Position numbers and translations under genes: made by a program. Below, in pieces: positions 17,908 to 26,934 of a DNA stretch of 34,610 nt (positions are counted from its first letter, which is position 1; each line of letters opens with the position of its first letter). Location: NCBI GenBank assembly GCA_037444405.1, contig JBBIML010000029.1, positions 1 to 34,610 on the forward strand. Reading direction: 5' to 3'. Source of the DNA: Armatimonadota bacterium (GTDB taxonomy: Bacteria; Armatimonadota; Fimbriimonadia; Fimbriimonadales; GBS-DC). The notes under the pieces were generated by a model. The model was given only the letters and a program-made list of their open reading frames with translations. It was not told where the DNA came from and searched no databases.

Positions 17908-19058
17908 ATGTCTGGTGGGTCGCTTTTGTGTGGATTGGGCTGGCGCTGATTGCCTCGCTGCTTTCGATGCGACTGGCAATCAGCGTGGCACTGATGGAGA
18001 TTATTGTGGGCACGATTGCGGGCAACCTGTTCCATCTTCAACCGAACGAGTGGATTAATTTCCTGGCGGGTTTAGGCGGCGTGCTGCTGACCTTTCTGGC
18101 AGGCGCGGAGATCGATCCCGATCTGTTGCGTCAGCACTGGAAGGCATCGCTGGCAATCGGTTTTGTCTCGTTTCTGGCGCCCTTCCTCGCGGCGATGGCT
18201 TATGCGTTCTACATCGCTGGCTGGTCAGCGGACGCCTCCAGAATCGCTGGCGTTGCGCTTTCGACCACTTCGGTGGCGGTGGTCTACGCCGTGATGATCG
18301 AGACAGGTCTCAACCGCACGGCGCTGGGCAAACTCATACTGGCGGCGTGCTTCGTGACCGATCTTGGCACGGTCGTCGCGCTGGGGCTGCTGTTTGCCCA
18401 TTTTAACGCCTGGCTACTGCTGTTTGTGGGCGCGTCCATTTTGCTCCTGCCGCTGGCGCCGCTGCTGACCCGCTGGTTCTTCGCGCGAGTGAGTGTGCAT
18501 ACCAGCGAGCCACAGATCAAGTTCATTCTGGTGCTGGTGTTGCTGCTAAGTGCGCTGGCGGTGCAGGCGAACAGCGAGGCGGTGCTGCCTGCCTATCTGC
18601 TGGGACTGGCGCTGGCGGCGCCGATGGCGCGCAACTGGGACTTCATGCATCGGCTGCGCACGGTGACCTTCACCCTGCTCACCCCGTTCTACTTCCTGAA
18701 AGCGGGTTCGTACATCGTGCTGCACGCGCTCGGTTCCGCCATCGGACTGGTGGCGATTCTGTTGCTGGTCAAGATCGTGGCGAAGGTGGTCGGCTGTTAC
18801 CCCCTCTGCCGCCTGTGGCATATGCCCCATCGAGAGGCAACCTACACCACCCTGCTGATGAGCACCGGGCTGACCTTCGGTACCATCTCATCGCTGTTCG
18901 GCTTGACCCACGGCTACATCAACCAGCAGCAGTACACGGTGCTGGTGACGGTCGTGATTGGGAGCGCGCTGCTGCCCACCCTCATTGCCCAGAGCTTTTT
19001 CAAGCCCTCAACAGAAGTGGAGCCGCTGGCTACCGAAGCGACGGAGTCTGTCCCTTAG
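17904..19058 (+). CDS. Cation:proton antiporter (CPA2-like)
   Basis: Many TM helices. LTFLAGAEID, LSTTSVAVV, ACFVTDLGT motifs. Start at MNVWW. Confidence 0.9.
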   Translation: MNVWWVAFVWIGLALIASLLSMRLAISVALMEIIVGTIAGNLFHLQPNEWINFLAGLGGVLLTFLAGAEIDPDLLRQHWKASLAIGFVSFLAPFLAAMAYAFYIAGWSADASRIAGVALSTTSVAVVYAVMIETGLNRTALGKLILAACFVTDLGTVVALGLLFAHFNAWLLLFVGASILLLPLAPLLTRWFFARVSVHTSEPQIKFILVLVLLLSALAVQANSEAVLPAYLLGLALAAPMARNWDFMHRLRTVTFTLLTPFYFLKAGSYIVLHALGSAIGLVAILLLVKIVAKVVGCYPLCRLWHMPHREATYTTLLMSTGLTFGTISSLFGLTHGYINQQQYTVLVTVVIGSALLPTLIAQSFFKPSTEVEPLATEATESVP

Positions 19059-19071
19059 CGAAGGAGGTGTT

Positions 19072-19497
19072 ATGATGTATCGGCGGATACTGGTCGGCTT
19101 TGACGGTTCGGACGGCGCCCGCAAGGCGCTCAACACAGGGCTGGCGCTGGCGCAGGCACTCAACGCCCAGCTGTTCGTGATTATGGTGGAAGAGGACCTG
19201 CCACGCTATGCAATCACCATCGGTGAATACGAGGAGGTCAAACATCAGCGGGATGCCTACTTCGCCCAGCTGGAGCAGGAGGTGCTGCAGGCGGCGCAAC
19301 AGATGGGCGTGCCCGTTCAGACCCATATCGTGGCAGGACATGAGGTGTGGGCGATGGTGGAGTTCATCCACCACCATCAGGTGGATCTGCTGGTGATTGG
19401 GCACCAGGGGCACTCAACGCTCCATGAGCGGGTGTTCGGCAGCACCGCCTCTGCGCTGGTCAATCACGCGCCCTGCCATGTGCTGGTTGTCAAGTGA
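19072..19497 (+). CDS. Universal stress protein
   Basis: YRRILVGFDGS, DLLVIG..G, FGSTA..LVNHAPCHVLVVK. AAGGAGGT RBS. Confidence 0.93.
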   Translation: MMYRRILVGFDGSDGARKALNTGLALAQALNAQLFVIMVEEDLPRYAITIGEYEEVKHQRDAYFAQLEQEVLQAAQQMGVPVQTHIVAGHEVWAMVEFIHHHQVDLLVIGHQGHSTLHERVFGSTASALVNHAPCHVLVVK

Positions 19498-19659
19498 AGG
19501 GATTGCGTAAAGGCCAGATGGGGTATAATAGGGAACGGGCAGCCCTCAGGGGTATAATACAGGGTGAGGCGGGCGGGCGAGGATTGAAACAAAAGTCTTG
19601 CTTCACAGCCGGCGACCACCAGGGGGCGCAGTTTCCCCGCCTGCGCCCCCCCGCCGAGT

Positions 19660-20856
19660 ATGATGGCAACTTGGAGATGGCAACGGCTGGATGTGCTGAC
19701 TCGTCAGGCGCGGCGCATCGCGATAGGCTTGATGGCAGGCACCTCACTGGATGGCATCGATGCCGCCGTGATTGCCATCGAGGGCTTTGGGCGCGAACGG
19801 CGCATCCAAACACTCGCCATCCACTTCGAACCCTACACGGATGAGGAGCAGGAGGGGCTTTTACGCCTCATGCGGCAGGGCACGCTGGACGCGCTCACCG
19901 CCTGGGACGCCTATCTGGGCGAGCGGTTCGCGGAAGCCGCCTGCGCCGCGCTCAAAAAAGCGGGGCTGCCAACCGCCGATTTCGTTGGCTCGCACGGTCA
20001 GACCGTCTGGCACGCGCCCGACGCCCGCCTGTTCGACCGCGCCGTGCCCAACACGCTCCAGATTGGTCAGCCCGATGTGATTGCGGCGCGGCTCGGCATC
20101 CCCGTTATTGCCGACTTCCGCACGCGCGACATGGCGTACGGTGGTCAGGGCGCCCCCCTCGTGCCCTTCGTCGACTGGCTGCTGCTGAGCGATCCCGTTG
20201 AACCGCGAGCCGCGCTCAATATCGGCGGCATAGCGAACCTCACCGTGCTGCCTGCCGGCGGCTCCCCCAGCACCATTCGCGCCTTCGACACAGGACCGGG
20301 CAACGCGCTGATTGATCTGGCGGTGCGCTGGGGCACCGACGGCGCGGAACGCTACGATCGGGACGGCGAACGGGCGGCGCGCGGACAGATTATCCCGGCG
20401 ATGCTCGATGAGCTGCTAACTCGCCCCTACTTCCACCTGCCACCGCCCAAATCGACGGGGCGCGAGCAGTTCGGTGAAGCGCTGCTCCAGGTGCTGCTGC
20501 TCGCCTATCACCTGCAGAAGAGCGATCTGGACAATCTGGTCGCCACACTCACGGAGCTGACCGCCCGCACGATTGCCGACGCGATTCAGCGATGGGTATT
20601 GCCCGAAGTGCCTGTGCGCCGACTCGTTGTGTCGGGCGGCGGCGTCCACAACCGCACGCTGATGGCTCGCCTGCAAGCGCTCCTGCCCGATAGCGCCATC
20701 GAAAGCTCCGCGCTATACGGCATCGATCCCAATTTCAAGGAGGCAATCGCGTTCGCGGTGCTGGCGGATTGCTACCTGCAGGGTGAGCCGGTTGCGTATC
20801 CGGGCACGACAGGTGTTTCGGAGCCTGTCTCGCTGGGCAAGCTCTGCTGGGAATAG
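19660..20856 (+). CDS. anmK: Anhydro-N-acetylmuramic acid kinase
   Basis: IGLMAGTSLDGID, GSHGQT, DFR..D.A.GGQGAPLVP, NIGGIAN, FDTGPGN, PKSTGRE, KEAIAFA. Confidence 0.95.
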   Translation: MMATWRWQRLDVLTRQARRIAIGLMAGTSLDGIDAAVIAIEGFGRERRIQTLAIHFEPYTDEEQEGLLRLMRQGTLDALTAWDAYLGERFAEAACAALKKAGLPTADFVGSHGQTVWHAPDARLFDRAVPNTLQIGQPDVIAARLGIPVIADFRTRDMAYGGQGAPLVPFVDWLLLSDPVEPRAALNIGGIANLTVLPAGGSPSTIRAFDTGPGNALIDLAVRWGTDGAERYDRDGERAARGQIIPAMLDELLTRPYFHLPPPKSTGREQFGEALLQVLLLAYHLQKSDLDNLVATLTELTARTIADAIQRWVLPEVPVRRLVVSGGGVHNRTLMARLQALLPDSAIESSALYGIDPNFKEAIAFAVLADCYLQGEPVAYPGTTGVSEPVSLGKLCWE

Positions 20857-20861
20857 GCAGC

Positions 20862-21944
20862 CTACAGCACCCGCACAAAGGTGCCACCCGGCATGCGGCG
20901 TGCCAGCCCCATCATCTCCAGCATGGTCAGCTCCACCTGCACCTGCTGGATGGGCAGTTGCGTGGCGCGGGCGAGCGTGTCCAGATGTTGCGGTTGAAGC
21001 GAGAGCGCGTTCAGCAGTCGCTCCTGCGCTTCGGTCAGCACGGGCAGGCTGGCGGTCGGCTCGCGCGGCTGATGCTGCACGCCGAGCGTGTCCAGCACAT
21101 CCTGCGCCGAGTCGATGAGCATCGCGCCATCCTTGATGAGCTGGTGGCAGCCCTTCGCCTTCGGATTATCGATATTGCCGGGCACGGCGAACAGCTCGCG
21201 CCCATACTCGGCGGCGAGTCGGGCGGTGATGAGCGCGCCGCTGGCTTCGGGCGCCTCCACCACCACCGTGCCCAGCCCCCAGGCGGCAATCAGCTGATTG
21301 CGCACGGGGAACCGCCACGCATCGGGTTCCGCCTCATAGGGATATTGCGAGATGACTGCGCCCTGCGTCGCGATGCGTTCGAACAGGCGACGGTTCTCGG
21401 TAGGGTAGAGCCGTCCCAGCCCGCTGCCGATGATGGCAATCGTGCGCCCGCCGCTTTCGAGCGCAGCCCGATGCGCCGCCGAATCGATGCCGAGCGCGCC
21501 GCCGCTCACAATCGTCAGCCCCGCCTCGCTCAAATCGCGTGCGAGCCGCTCGGCGACCATCCGCCCATAGGAGCTGGGCGCGCGCGTGCCCACGATGCTC
21601 ACCGCGAACCGATCGCGCTCCTGCAGCGTGCCCCACACGAAGAGCGCGACAGGGCTATCCGGCTGCTCGCGCAACGACGCCGGATAGCGCGGGTCGCGCT
21701 CCAGAACCAGCTGCACAGAGCCGTCGGCAATCGCGGGCGGAATGGGGCACGGCTCCTGCACGGCTCGCATCAACGCCTGCACATCCGCCTCGCGCATGCC
21801 GGGCACCTCGCGCCACTCGGCGGGCGTCGCGCTCAAAACGCCCGATGCATCGCCGCCGAACCGCGTTAGCAGCGCCCGCAACTTGCCCGGCGAAAACTCC
21901 AGATTCAACAGCCTCAACCACGCCTCTAACTCCGCCCGATTCAT
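20862..21944 (-). CDS. dprA: DNA-processing protein DprA
   Basis: IVGTR, VSGGALGID..AH, FPVRN, VVVEA..SGALITA, FAVPG, C-terminal winged helix. Start overlaps the upstream stop (ATGA). Confidence 0.95.
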   Translation of the reverse strand: MNRAELEAWLRLLNLEFSPGKLRALLTRFGGDASGVLSATPAEWREVPGMREADVQALMRAVQEPCPIPPAIADGSVQLVLERDPRYPASLREQPDSPVALFVWGTLQERDRFAVSIVGTRAPSSYGRMVAERLARDLSEAGLTIVSGGALGIDSAAHRAALESGGRTIAIIGSGLGRLYPTENRRLFERIATQGAVISQYPYEAEPDAWRFPVRNQLIAAWGLGTVVVEAPEASGALITARLAAEYGRELFAVPGNIDNPKAKGCHQLIKDGAMLIDSAQDVLDTLGVQHQPREPTASLPVLTEAQERLLNALSLQPQHLDTLARATQLPIQQVQVELTMLEMMGLARRMPGGTFVRVL

Positions 21945-22810
21945 GGTCGCTCCACAAAATCCCACTCACGGCGTCGGAAATAGAGCAGCCCGAACAGGGC
22001 GCCCCCGACCGCCAGCAGCAGATGCACCCCCAGTAGCCAATACGGCAGCGGCATATCGGGGAACTGCACCGGCTGGGCGCTGATGCCCGGATTCTGCTGC
22101 ACAATCGTGATGGGCGGCAGAATCAGCTTGCGGTAGGCAAGCGCGTAGGTCGCCATCGGGTTCAAAAGATGATACGCCCAGAAGAGCGTCTCCCGATACG
22201 ACTCAGGCACGAAACCCGCATAACGCACCTGTTCCGAAAAGTAGATAATCGGCGACAGAAAGAACAGCAACTGTAGCCCGACGCTCACCAGATACTTCAC
22301 ATCTTCATAGAAGGCGTTCCAGCAGGCAATCACCAGCGACAGTCCCATCACCAGCAGCAGCTCCGTCAGCATCACCAGCGGCACCAGCAGCAGCCCCATC
22401 TGCACCGGCGCGCCCACATAGAGATGGAGATAGAGCAGCAGCACCACCATCGCCAGCACAAAGTGAATGAAGTTTGCCAGCGTAGTCGCCAGCGGCAGCA
22501 GCGCCCGCGGGAAGTATATCTTCTTGATGACCTGCATATACGCCAGAATCGTCTGGCTCGAATCGAGCAGCGCGAACTGAAAGAAGGTCCAGGGCAGATA
22601 GGCGACCAGCACATAGGCGGAGTAGTTCGCAATACGCATGCCCATCACATATTTGAACACGATGGTCATCACCAGCACCGTCACGAGCGGGTTGACCAGC
22701 GACCAGAAGAATCCGAGAACGGAGTTTTTGTAGCGCACGCGCAGTTCCCGGATGACGAGCGTCCATAACAGCTCGCGATAGTGCCACAGTTCCGCCATCA
22801 GCGCGACCAC
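21941..22810 (-). CDS. ABC-2 polysaccharide export permease (Wzm/TagG-like)
   Basis: RELRVRYKNSVLGFFWSLVNP, KKIYFP, FFLSPIIY, LNPM. Confidence 0.9.
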   Translation of the reverse strand: MVALMAELWHYRELLWTLVIRELRVRYKNSVLGFFWSLVNPLVTVLVMTIVFKYVMGMRIANYSAYVLVAYLPWTFFQFALLDSSQTILAYMQVIKKIYFPRALLPLATTLANFIHFVLAMVVLLLYLHLYVGAPVQMGLLLVPLVMLTELLLVMGLSLVIACWNAFYEDVKYLVSVGLQLLFFLSPIIYFSEQVRYAGFVPESYRETLFWAYHLLNPMATYALAYRKLILPPITIVQQNPGISAQPVQFPDMPLPYWLLGVHLLLAVGGALFGLLYFRRREWDFVERP

Positions 22811-22843
22811 GAGGGATGAAGTTCGATGCAGGCAGGCGTTTCC

Positions 22844-23437
22844 CTACTCGCGTCCGACGGGCTGGAGGAGGGGTTGCACTTTGAGGAAGGCTTTCACCAC
22901 GCGCGGGTCGAACAGGCTGCCCGCGCCCGCTTCGATGAGTTCGACGGCTTGCTGCTCGCTGAGCGCGGGTCGGTAGGGCATCGGGGTGCGCATGCCGTCG
23001 AACGCTTCGGCAACCGTCAGCACGCGCGCGGGCAGGGGTATCTGCTCGCCGCGCCAGCCGTGCGGATAGCCGCTGCCATCCCATCGCTCGTGGTGGCACT
23101 CGATGAGAATCAGCGCGTGCTGGAACCGCTGGATGCGCCGCAGGAGCTGCACGCTCAGGCGCGGATGCTCCCGAATCGCCTGCCACTGCTCGGGCGTCGG
23201 GTTCGAGCAGGTGAGCAGCTTGTCGGGCAGTCCCAGCATGCCGATGTCATGGAGCGCGCCCGCAATCCGCAACAGGCGCAGGGTGGGCTTACTCAAGCCC
23301 AGCTCGCAGCCAATCGCGACCGCATAGCTCGCCACACGCTCACTATGACCCGCCAGAAACGGGTGTGCCATCTCCAGCGCACTGATGAGTGCGCGAATCA
23401 CATCGTTCTCCATCTGTATGAGCAGCTCGCGCGTCAA
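22844..23437 (-). CDS. Stand-alone HD-GYP domain phosphodiesterase
   Basis: GHSERV, LHDIG, HHERWDGSGYP, FDP. GGAGG RBS before the TTG start. Confidence 0.88.
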   Translation of the reverse strand: MTRELLIQMENDVIRALISALEMAHPFLAGHSERVASYAVAIGCELGLSKPTLRLLRIAGALHDIGMLGLPDKLLTCSNPTPEQWQAIREHPRLSVQLLRRIQRFQHALILIECHHERWDGSGYPHGWRGEQIPLPARVLTVAEAFDGMRTPMPYRPALSEQQAVELIEAGAGSLFDPRVVKAFLKVQPLLQPVGRE

Positions 23438-23522
23438 CGCTCGCCTCCGTGCGCCTCCAATATACCTGAGTGCGGATGTGGCTCACAGTGGCTTGGGCGC
23501 CTCACCCAGGCAAAGTGCGCAC

Positions 23523-24305
23523 CTAATCGCGGACGCCGCGCGGCAGGGGCAGATAGTCCGATTCGTGGCATAGCTCACGCTCTACCTGACCATTCAAAGC
23601 GCGGATTCGCCACAGGCGCACGCGCACGCCCGCGCGACCCGGCTGCGGATGGAAGCCCGCCACACGCGGCGGCGGCTGCCAGTCGGTCAACTCGCGCTGC
23701 AGCATGCAGATCGGCACAAACGCGCGAACCGTTTTCTCGTCCGCCTGCGCCAGCACCCGACAGAGGAGCCGATTGCCCTGCACGGAACACTCGAAACGCA
23801 CGGCGAACGGGTACGGATTGCGGATTTTCAGGTCGGCGACCCCCTGCGCGACGGCGGCGTCCTGCCCAACGGGCACATAGCTGGGCGCAATCGTGTGCGG
23901 GTGGCGCTCCTTAATCTCCAGTCCCGATAGCAGCGCGGCGTTATAGAGCGTGGTGGAGGTCTGGCACACGCCACCGCCCCACGCGGGCACAAGGATACCG
24001 CCATAACTCACGGGCGCGCGCACGAAGCCCTCCGAACGCACCCACTGCCCCACACAGCGATTGAAGGAGAAGGTGGCGCCAGGCGCCAGTATCGTGCCGT
24101 TAACCTTCTGCGCCGCCAGTTGCGCGTTCCGCCGCTGACCCGCCGTGCGCCCCTTAAGCGAGGTGCTGTATTCGGTCAGCGCCGTCCATTCCGGCGCCCG
24201 CGCACAGCCCATCAGCAGGCACAGAAGCCACCAGCGGAAAATCCTTCTTGCGCGTGATACTGCCACGCTTCTCGCTGGCGATAATCTCTCGCGCCGTCCT
24301 CGCAT
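23523..24305 (-). CDS. VanW-family protein, possible lipoprotein
   Basis: FSFN..VG, GGGVCQTSTTLYNA, ERHPH, YVPVGQDA. Lipobox-like LLMGC. Start uncertain. Confidence 0.85.
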   Translation of the reverse strand: MRGRRERLSPARSVAVSRARRIFRWWLLCLLMGCARAPEWTALTEYSTSLKGRTAGQRRNAQLAAQKVNGTILAPGATFSFNRCVGQWVRSEGFVRAPVSYGGILVPAWGGGVCQTSTTLYNAALLSGLEIKERHPHTIAPSYVPVGQDAAVAQGVADLKIRNPYPFAVRFECSVQGNRLLCRVLAQADEKTVRAFVPICMLQRELTDWQPPPRVAGFHPQPGRAGVRVRLWRIRALNGQVERELCHESDYLPLPRGVRD

Positions 24306-24355
24306 CGCCCTGATAGCGTCCCAACCACTGCCTCCGTGCGCATGGGAATTGTACC

Positions 24356-24541
24356 CTATTTCATCTGGCGCGGCTGCATATAGCGTCGGATGATCCAGAT
24401 ACGCAGGAACGCCCACGCAATCAGCAATCCACCCAGCGCGATGCCCTCCAGCCGCCGATGCAGAACATATTCGTAGTAGATAAGTGCCAGCCCGAAGACC
24501 GCCATCAGCGCGCTGATCCCGTATCGAACCGCCATCGGCAT
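24356..24541 (-). CDS. Small two-TM membrane protein (61 aa)
   Basis: MPMAVRYGISALMAVFGLALIYYEY...IALGGLLIAWAFLRIW. Fills the gap in the operon. Confidence 0.6.
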   Translation of the reverse strand: MPMAVRYGISALMAVFGLALIYYEYVLHRRLEGIALGGLLIAWAFLRIWIIRRYMQPRQMK

Positions 24542-24555
24542 ACGGGAAGGATACC

Positions 24556-25029
24556 CTACCCTCTCTTTTCGCGGCGAGCGAGCCGTTCGGCACGGCGCTG
24601 GTCTGCCTGCTCCCACTTGCGGCGGTCTTCGTCCGTTTCGGGCAGTACGGGCGGCACGGGCGTTGGGCGACCCTGCTCGTCCAGCGCCACATACACCAGA
24701 TACGCCTGCGAGGTCAGCCGCCGCTCGCCCGTCAGCAGGTTCTCGGCTTCCACAATCGCCTCGATCTCCATCGAGGTGCGCCACGCGCGGGTGATACGCG
24801 CCCGCACATGCACTAGATTGCCCACATGCACAGGCGCCTGAAAGCTGACCGAGTCGATCTCAACCGTCACGGACGGTCGGCGAGCGTGGCGTGAGGCAAC
24901 AATCCCGCCCGCCTCATCGATGAGCTTCAGAATCCAGCCGCCATGCACATTCCCCAGCGGGTTCGCATGCTCGGGGTTCATCATCTGCGTCAGAATGACC
25001 TCGCTCTCGCGCGGTGTCCTGCCCTCCAT
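24556..25029 (-). CDS. Acyl-CoA thioesterase (hotdog fold, YciA-like)
   Basis: ANPLGNVHGGWILKLID, TSMEI, YVALDEQGRPTPVPP. Confidence 0.92.
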   Translation of the reverse strand: MEGRTPRESEVILTQMMNPEHANPLGNVHGGWILKLIDEAGGIVASRHARRPSVTVEIDSVSFQAPVHVGNLVHVRARITRAWRTSMEIEAIVEAENLLTGERRLTSQAYLVYVALDEQGRPTPVPPVLPETDEDRRKWEQADQRRAERLARREKRG

Positions 25030-25095
25030 CGCAGGGTAAAGTGTACCTGTAGGTGGACCCTCACGCTCTTCTTCGGGAGAGGGAATGGAGAGGCT

Positions 25096-25177
25096 CCCTC
25101 TCCCCTCTGGGGAGAGGGTTGGGGTGAGGGGCATCCCCCTCTCCTGAAGCCTCGGGAGAGGGGGCTGGGGGTGAGGG
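25096..25177. repeat. Two tandem palindromic repeats of the 6681-6720 family
   Basis: CCCTCTCCC-N-GGGAGAGGG...GGGTGAGGG twice, directly downstream of the capsid gene stop. Confidence 0.7.
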
Positions 25178-25180
25178 CAA

Positions 25181-26107
25181 CTAACTAGTGCCCATCAGCA
25201 CCGTCTGCCATAGCCCGTAGCCGACCCCGTAGCGGGCGCGCACACCGTAGAACACCTTGTCGCGCATGAACACGCTCTCGCTGGTCGGGCGATCCAGCGC
25301 GGCAAACTCCAGCGGCACATCCCGACGCTCCTGCAAAATCACACCCCGCACCGCCCGCGAAGTGTCCAGTAGGAACCACCGGTCCGCATCGGAACCCGCA
25401 ATATAGGGCGACACAATCAGACGCAACTTGCCCTGCAACACATTCCGATACGGCGTGAAGTTGCCCGTCGTGTTCACCTGCACCACCACAGGCGACTCCA
25501 GCAGCTCCATCGCCAGCCACTGCAGCGCAGGACCCACCAGCAGCGTGTCAGGCATAATCCCCATCGGGCGACCCCGATCATCCTTAATCAGCATCATCTG
25601 CGCCATCGCCTGCTGAAGGTTCTCGGTGTTCAGCTCGCCCGTGAAAATGTTGCTCTGCAGTCCGCTCTCGCCCTCCTGATGCGCCGTGCTGAACAGGGGC
25701 TGACCGTCGTAGGCAGTGCCGCTTGTGCCCTCCAGCAGCGCATTAATCACCAGCTGCTCCCGATGGCGCACCGCCTCCAGCGCAAGGTCCTGCACGCGCA
25801 TCCGAATCATGTCGTACTGCTCGTCCTCCAGCGCGCGGCGCTCTATTGCAATCGACGCCTCCCACACCTGGTCGCTGATGGCATACTCGAACGCCCGCAA
25901 ACCGACGGGCACACGCTCATCGATGAACTCGCGCATGGCGGGCACACTGCCCAGCCAGCCGTACTTCTGCGTGGGCAGGTTCGTGCGCACCACCGTCGCG
26001 ATGCGCGACACAATGCTCGACTCACTCAGCTGACGGTAGGCGCGGAAAAACTCCGTGCGCAACCCCGCCTCGATCAGCGACAGCAAATCGCTTCGAACCA
26101 GTGGCAT
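25181..26107 (-). CDS. Mu-like major capsid protein (gpT family, HK97 fold)
   Basis: YGWLG..PAMREF..ER, E..I.I.R..LEDEQY, AYDGQPLFSTAH, DDRGRPMGIMPD.L.VGP.L, WFLLD, YGVRARYG.GYG.WQ. Confidence 0.9.
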   Translation of the reverse strand: MPLVRSDLLSLIEAGLRTEFFRAYRQLSESSIVSRIATVVRTNLPTQKYGWLGSVPAMREFIDERVPVGLRAFEYAISDQVWEASIAIERRALEDEQYDMIRMRVQDLALEAVRHREQLVINALLEGTSGTAYDGQPLFSTAHQEGESGLQSNIFTGELNTENLQQAMAQMMLIKDDRGRPMGIMPDTLLVGPALQWLAMELLESPVVVQVNTTGNFTPYRNVLQGKLRLIVSPYIAGSDADRWFLLDTSRAVRGVILQERRDVPLEFAALDRPTSESVFMRDKVFYGVRARYGVGYGLWQTVLMGTS

Positions 26108-26121
26108 CGGCTCTCCCTCCC

Positions 26122-26535
26122 TCAAACGGTGTGATTATCGATGCGAATGCGCACCGTCGTGCTGCTGGGCAACTCCACAACCGTGCCAACGAGAATGTTG
26201 TTCACGCTGGTCTTCGCCACCTCGTTATCGGAGACGGCTCGCACCACCGTGCCCACATCGTTCTGGCTGAATGTGCCCAAACGGTTGTAGAGGAAAGTGC
26301 CCCGCTTGATGACACGGCACCGCTTCGCGCCATCGGCACCGCTGGCGTTATCGACGCTTTCGAACGCCACGCCCACAAAGCGCAGGTTCGCCGCGTCAGA
26401 CGCCGGCACCAGATAGCCCGCGCTATCCAGACACACCAGCGCGCCCTTCCAGATACGCGCGCCCCCCTTCACGGGATAGGCAATCAGCAGCCCTTCCTTC
26501 TCCTGGGCCTCATAGGGACCTGTGAGTGCAGGCAT
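26122..26535 (-). CDS. Capsid decoration/cement-like protein (DUF2190-like) of Mu-like head modules
   Basis: YPV....I..GALV..D..GY.VP, F.GVA.E.VDN..GADG, SDNEV. Sits between protease and MCP. GAGGAGGTG RBS. Confidence 0.75.
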   Translation of the reverse strand: MPALTGPYEAQEKEGLLIAYPVKGGARIWKGALVCLDSAGYLVPASDAANLRFVGVAFESVDNASGADGAKRCRVIKRGTFLYNRLGTFSQNDVGTVVRAVSDNEVAKTSVNNILVGTVVELPSSTTVRIRIDNHTV

Positions 26536-26547
26536 CAGCTCACCTCC

Positions 26548-26934
26548 TTACTGACGGTTGGCAAGAATCTCGGCGGGGTCTAAATCGGGGAACACCTGCT
26601 GAAGCAACCGGGCTTCTTCGGGGCTGATCGCGGGCGTCTCGTAGGCAGGCATCGGCGCCAGCTCGCCCAGCAGGGGCTGGGACGGCAGCGCGTCCACAAA
26701 GCGTCGGAACAACTCGGCAATCGGCACGCTCTCGCCGCTGAACACCACACTCGCCTCACCCTGCAACAGAATCGTCTCCGCAATCGGCACCAGCGCAGGG
26801 GGCAACTTGCCGCTCAGTGTCCAGCGCTGCGTCTGCTCGCGCACCTGCTGGGCATGCAGCTCGCGCTCCAGCTGGCGCACACGCTCCCGCAACTGCTGAA
26901 CCTCATCGGGAACAGGGGTCTCAATCGGTTCCAT
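26548..26934 (-). CDS. Nested in-frame scaffold protein (128 aa)
   Basis: Internal GGAGGTG at 26941-26947, 6 nt before the ATG of MEPIETP... Confidence 0.55.
   Translation of the reverse strand: MEPIETPVPDEVQQLRERVRQLERELHAQQVREQTQRWTLSGKLPPALVPIAETILLQGEASVVFSGESVPIAELFRRFVDALPSQPLLGELAPMPAYETPAISPEEARLLQQVFPDLDPAEILANRQ

Noticed and set aside
19500..19655. ncRNA in the USP-anmK spacer (two GGTATAAT boxes and a 10-bp GC hairpin at 19622-19650)
   Set aside because: No recognisable RNA motif. Adequately explained as a promoter plus a REP-like stem.
25030..25134. N-terminal extension MPLTPTLSPEGRG... of the thioesterase ORF
   Set aside because: It is the translation of the intergenic palindromic repeat. 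The family-like sequence starts at MEGRTP (25029).
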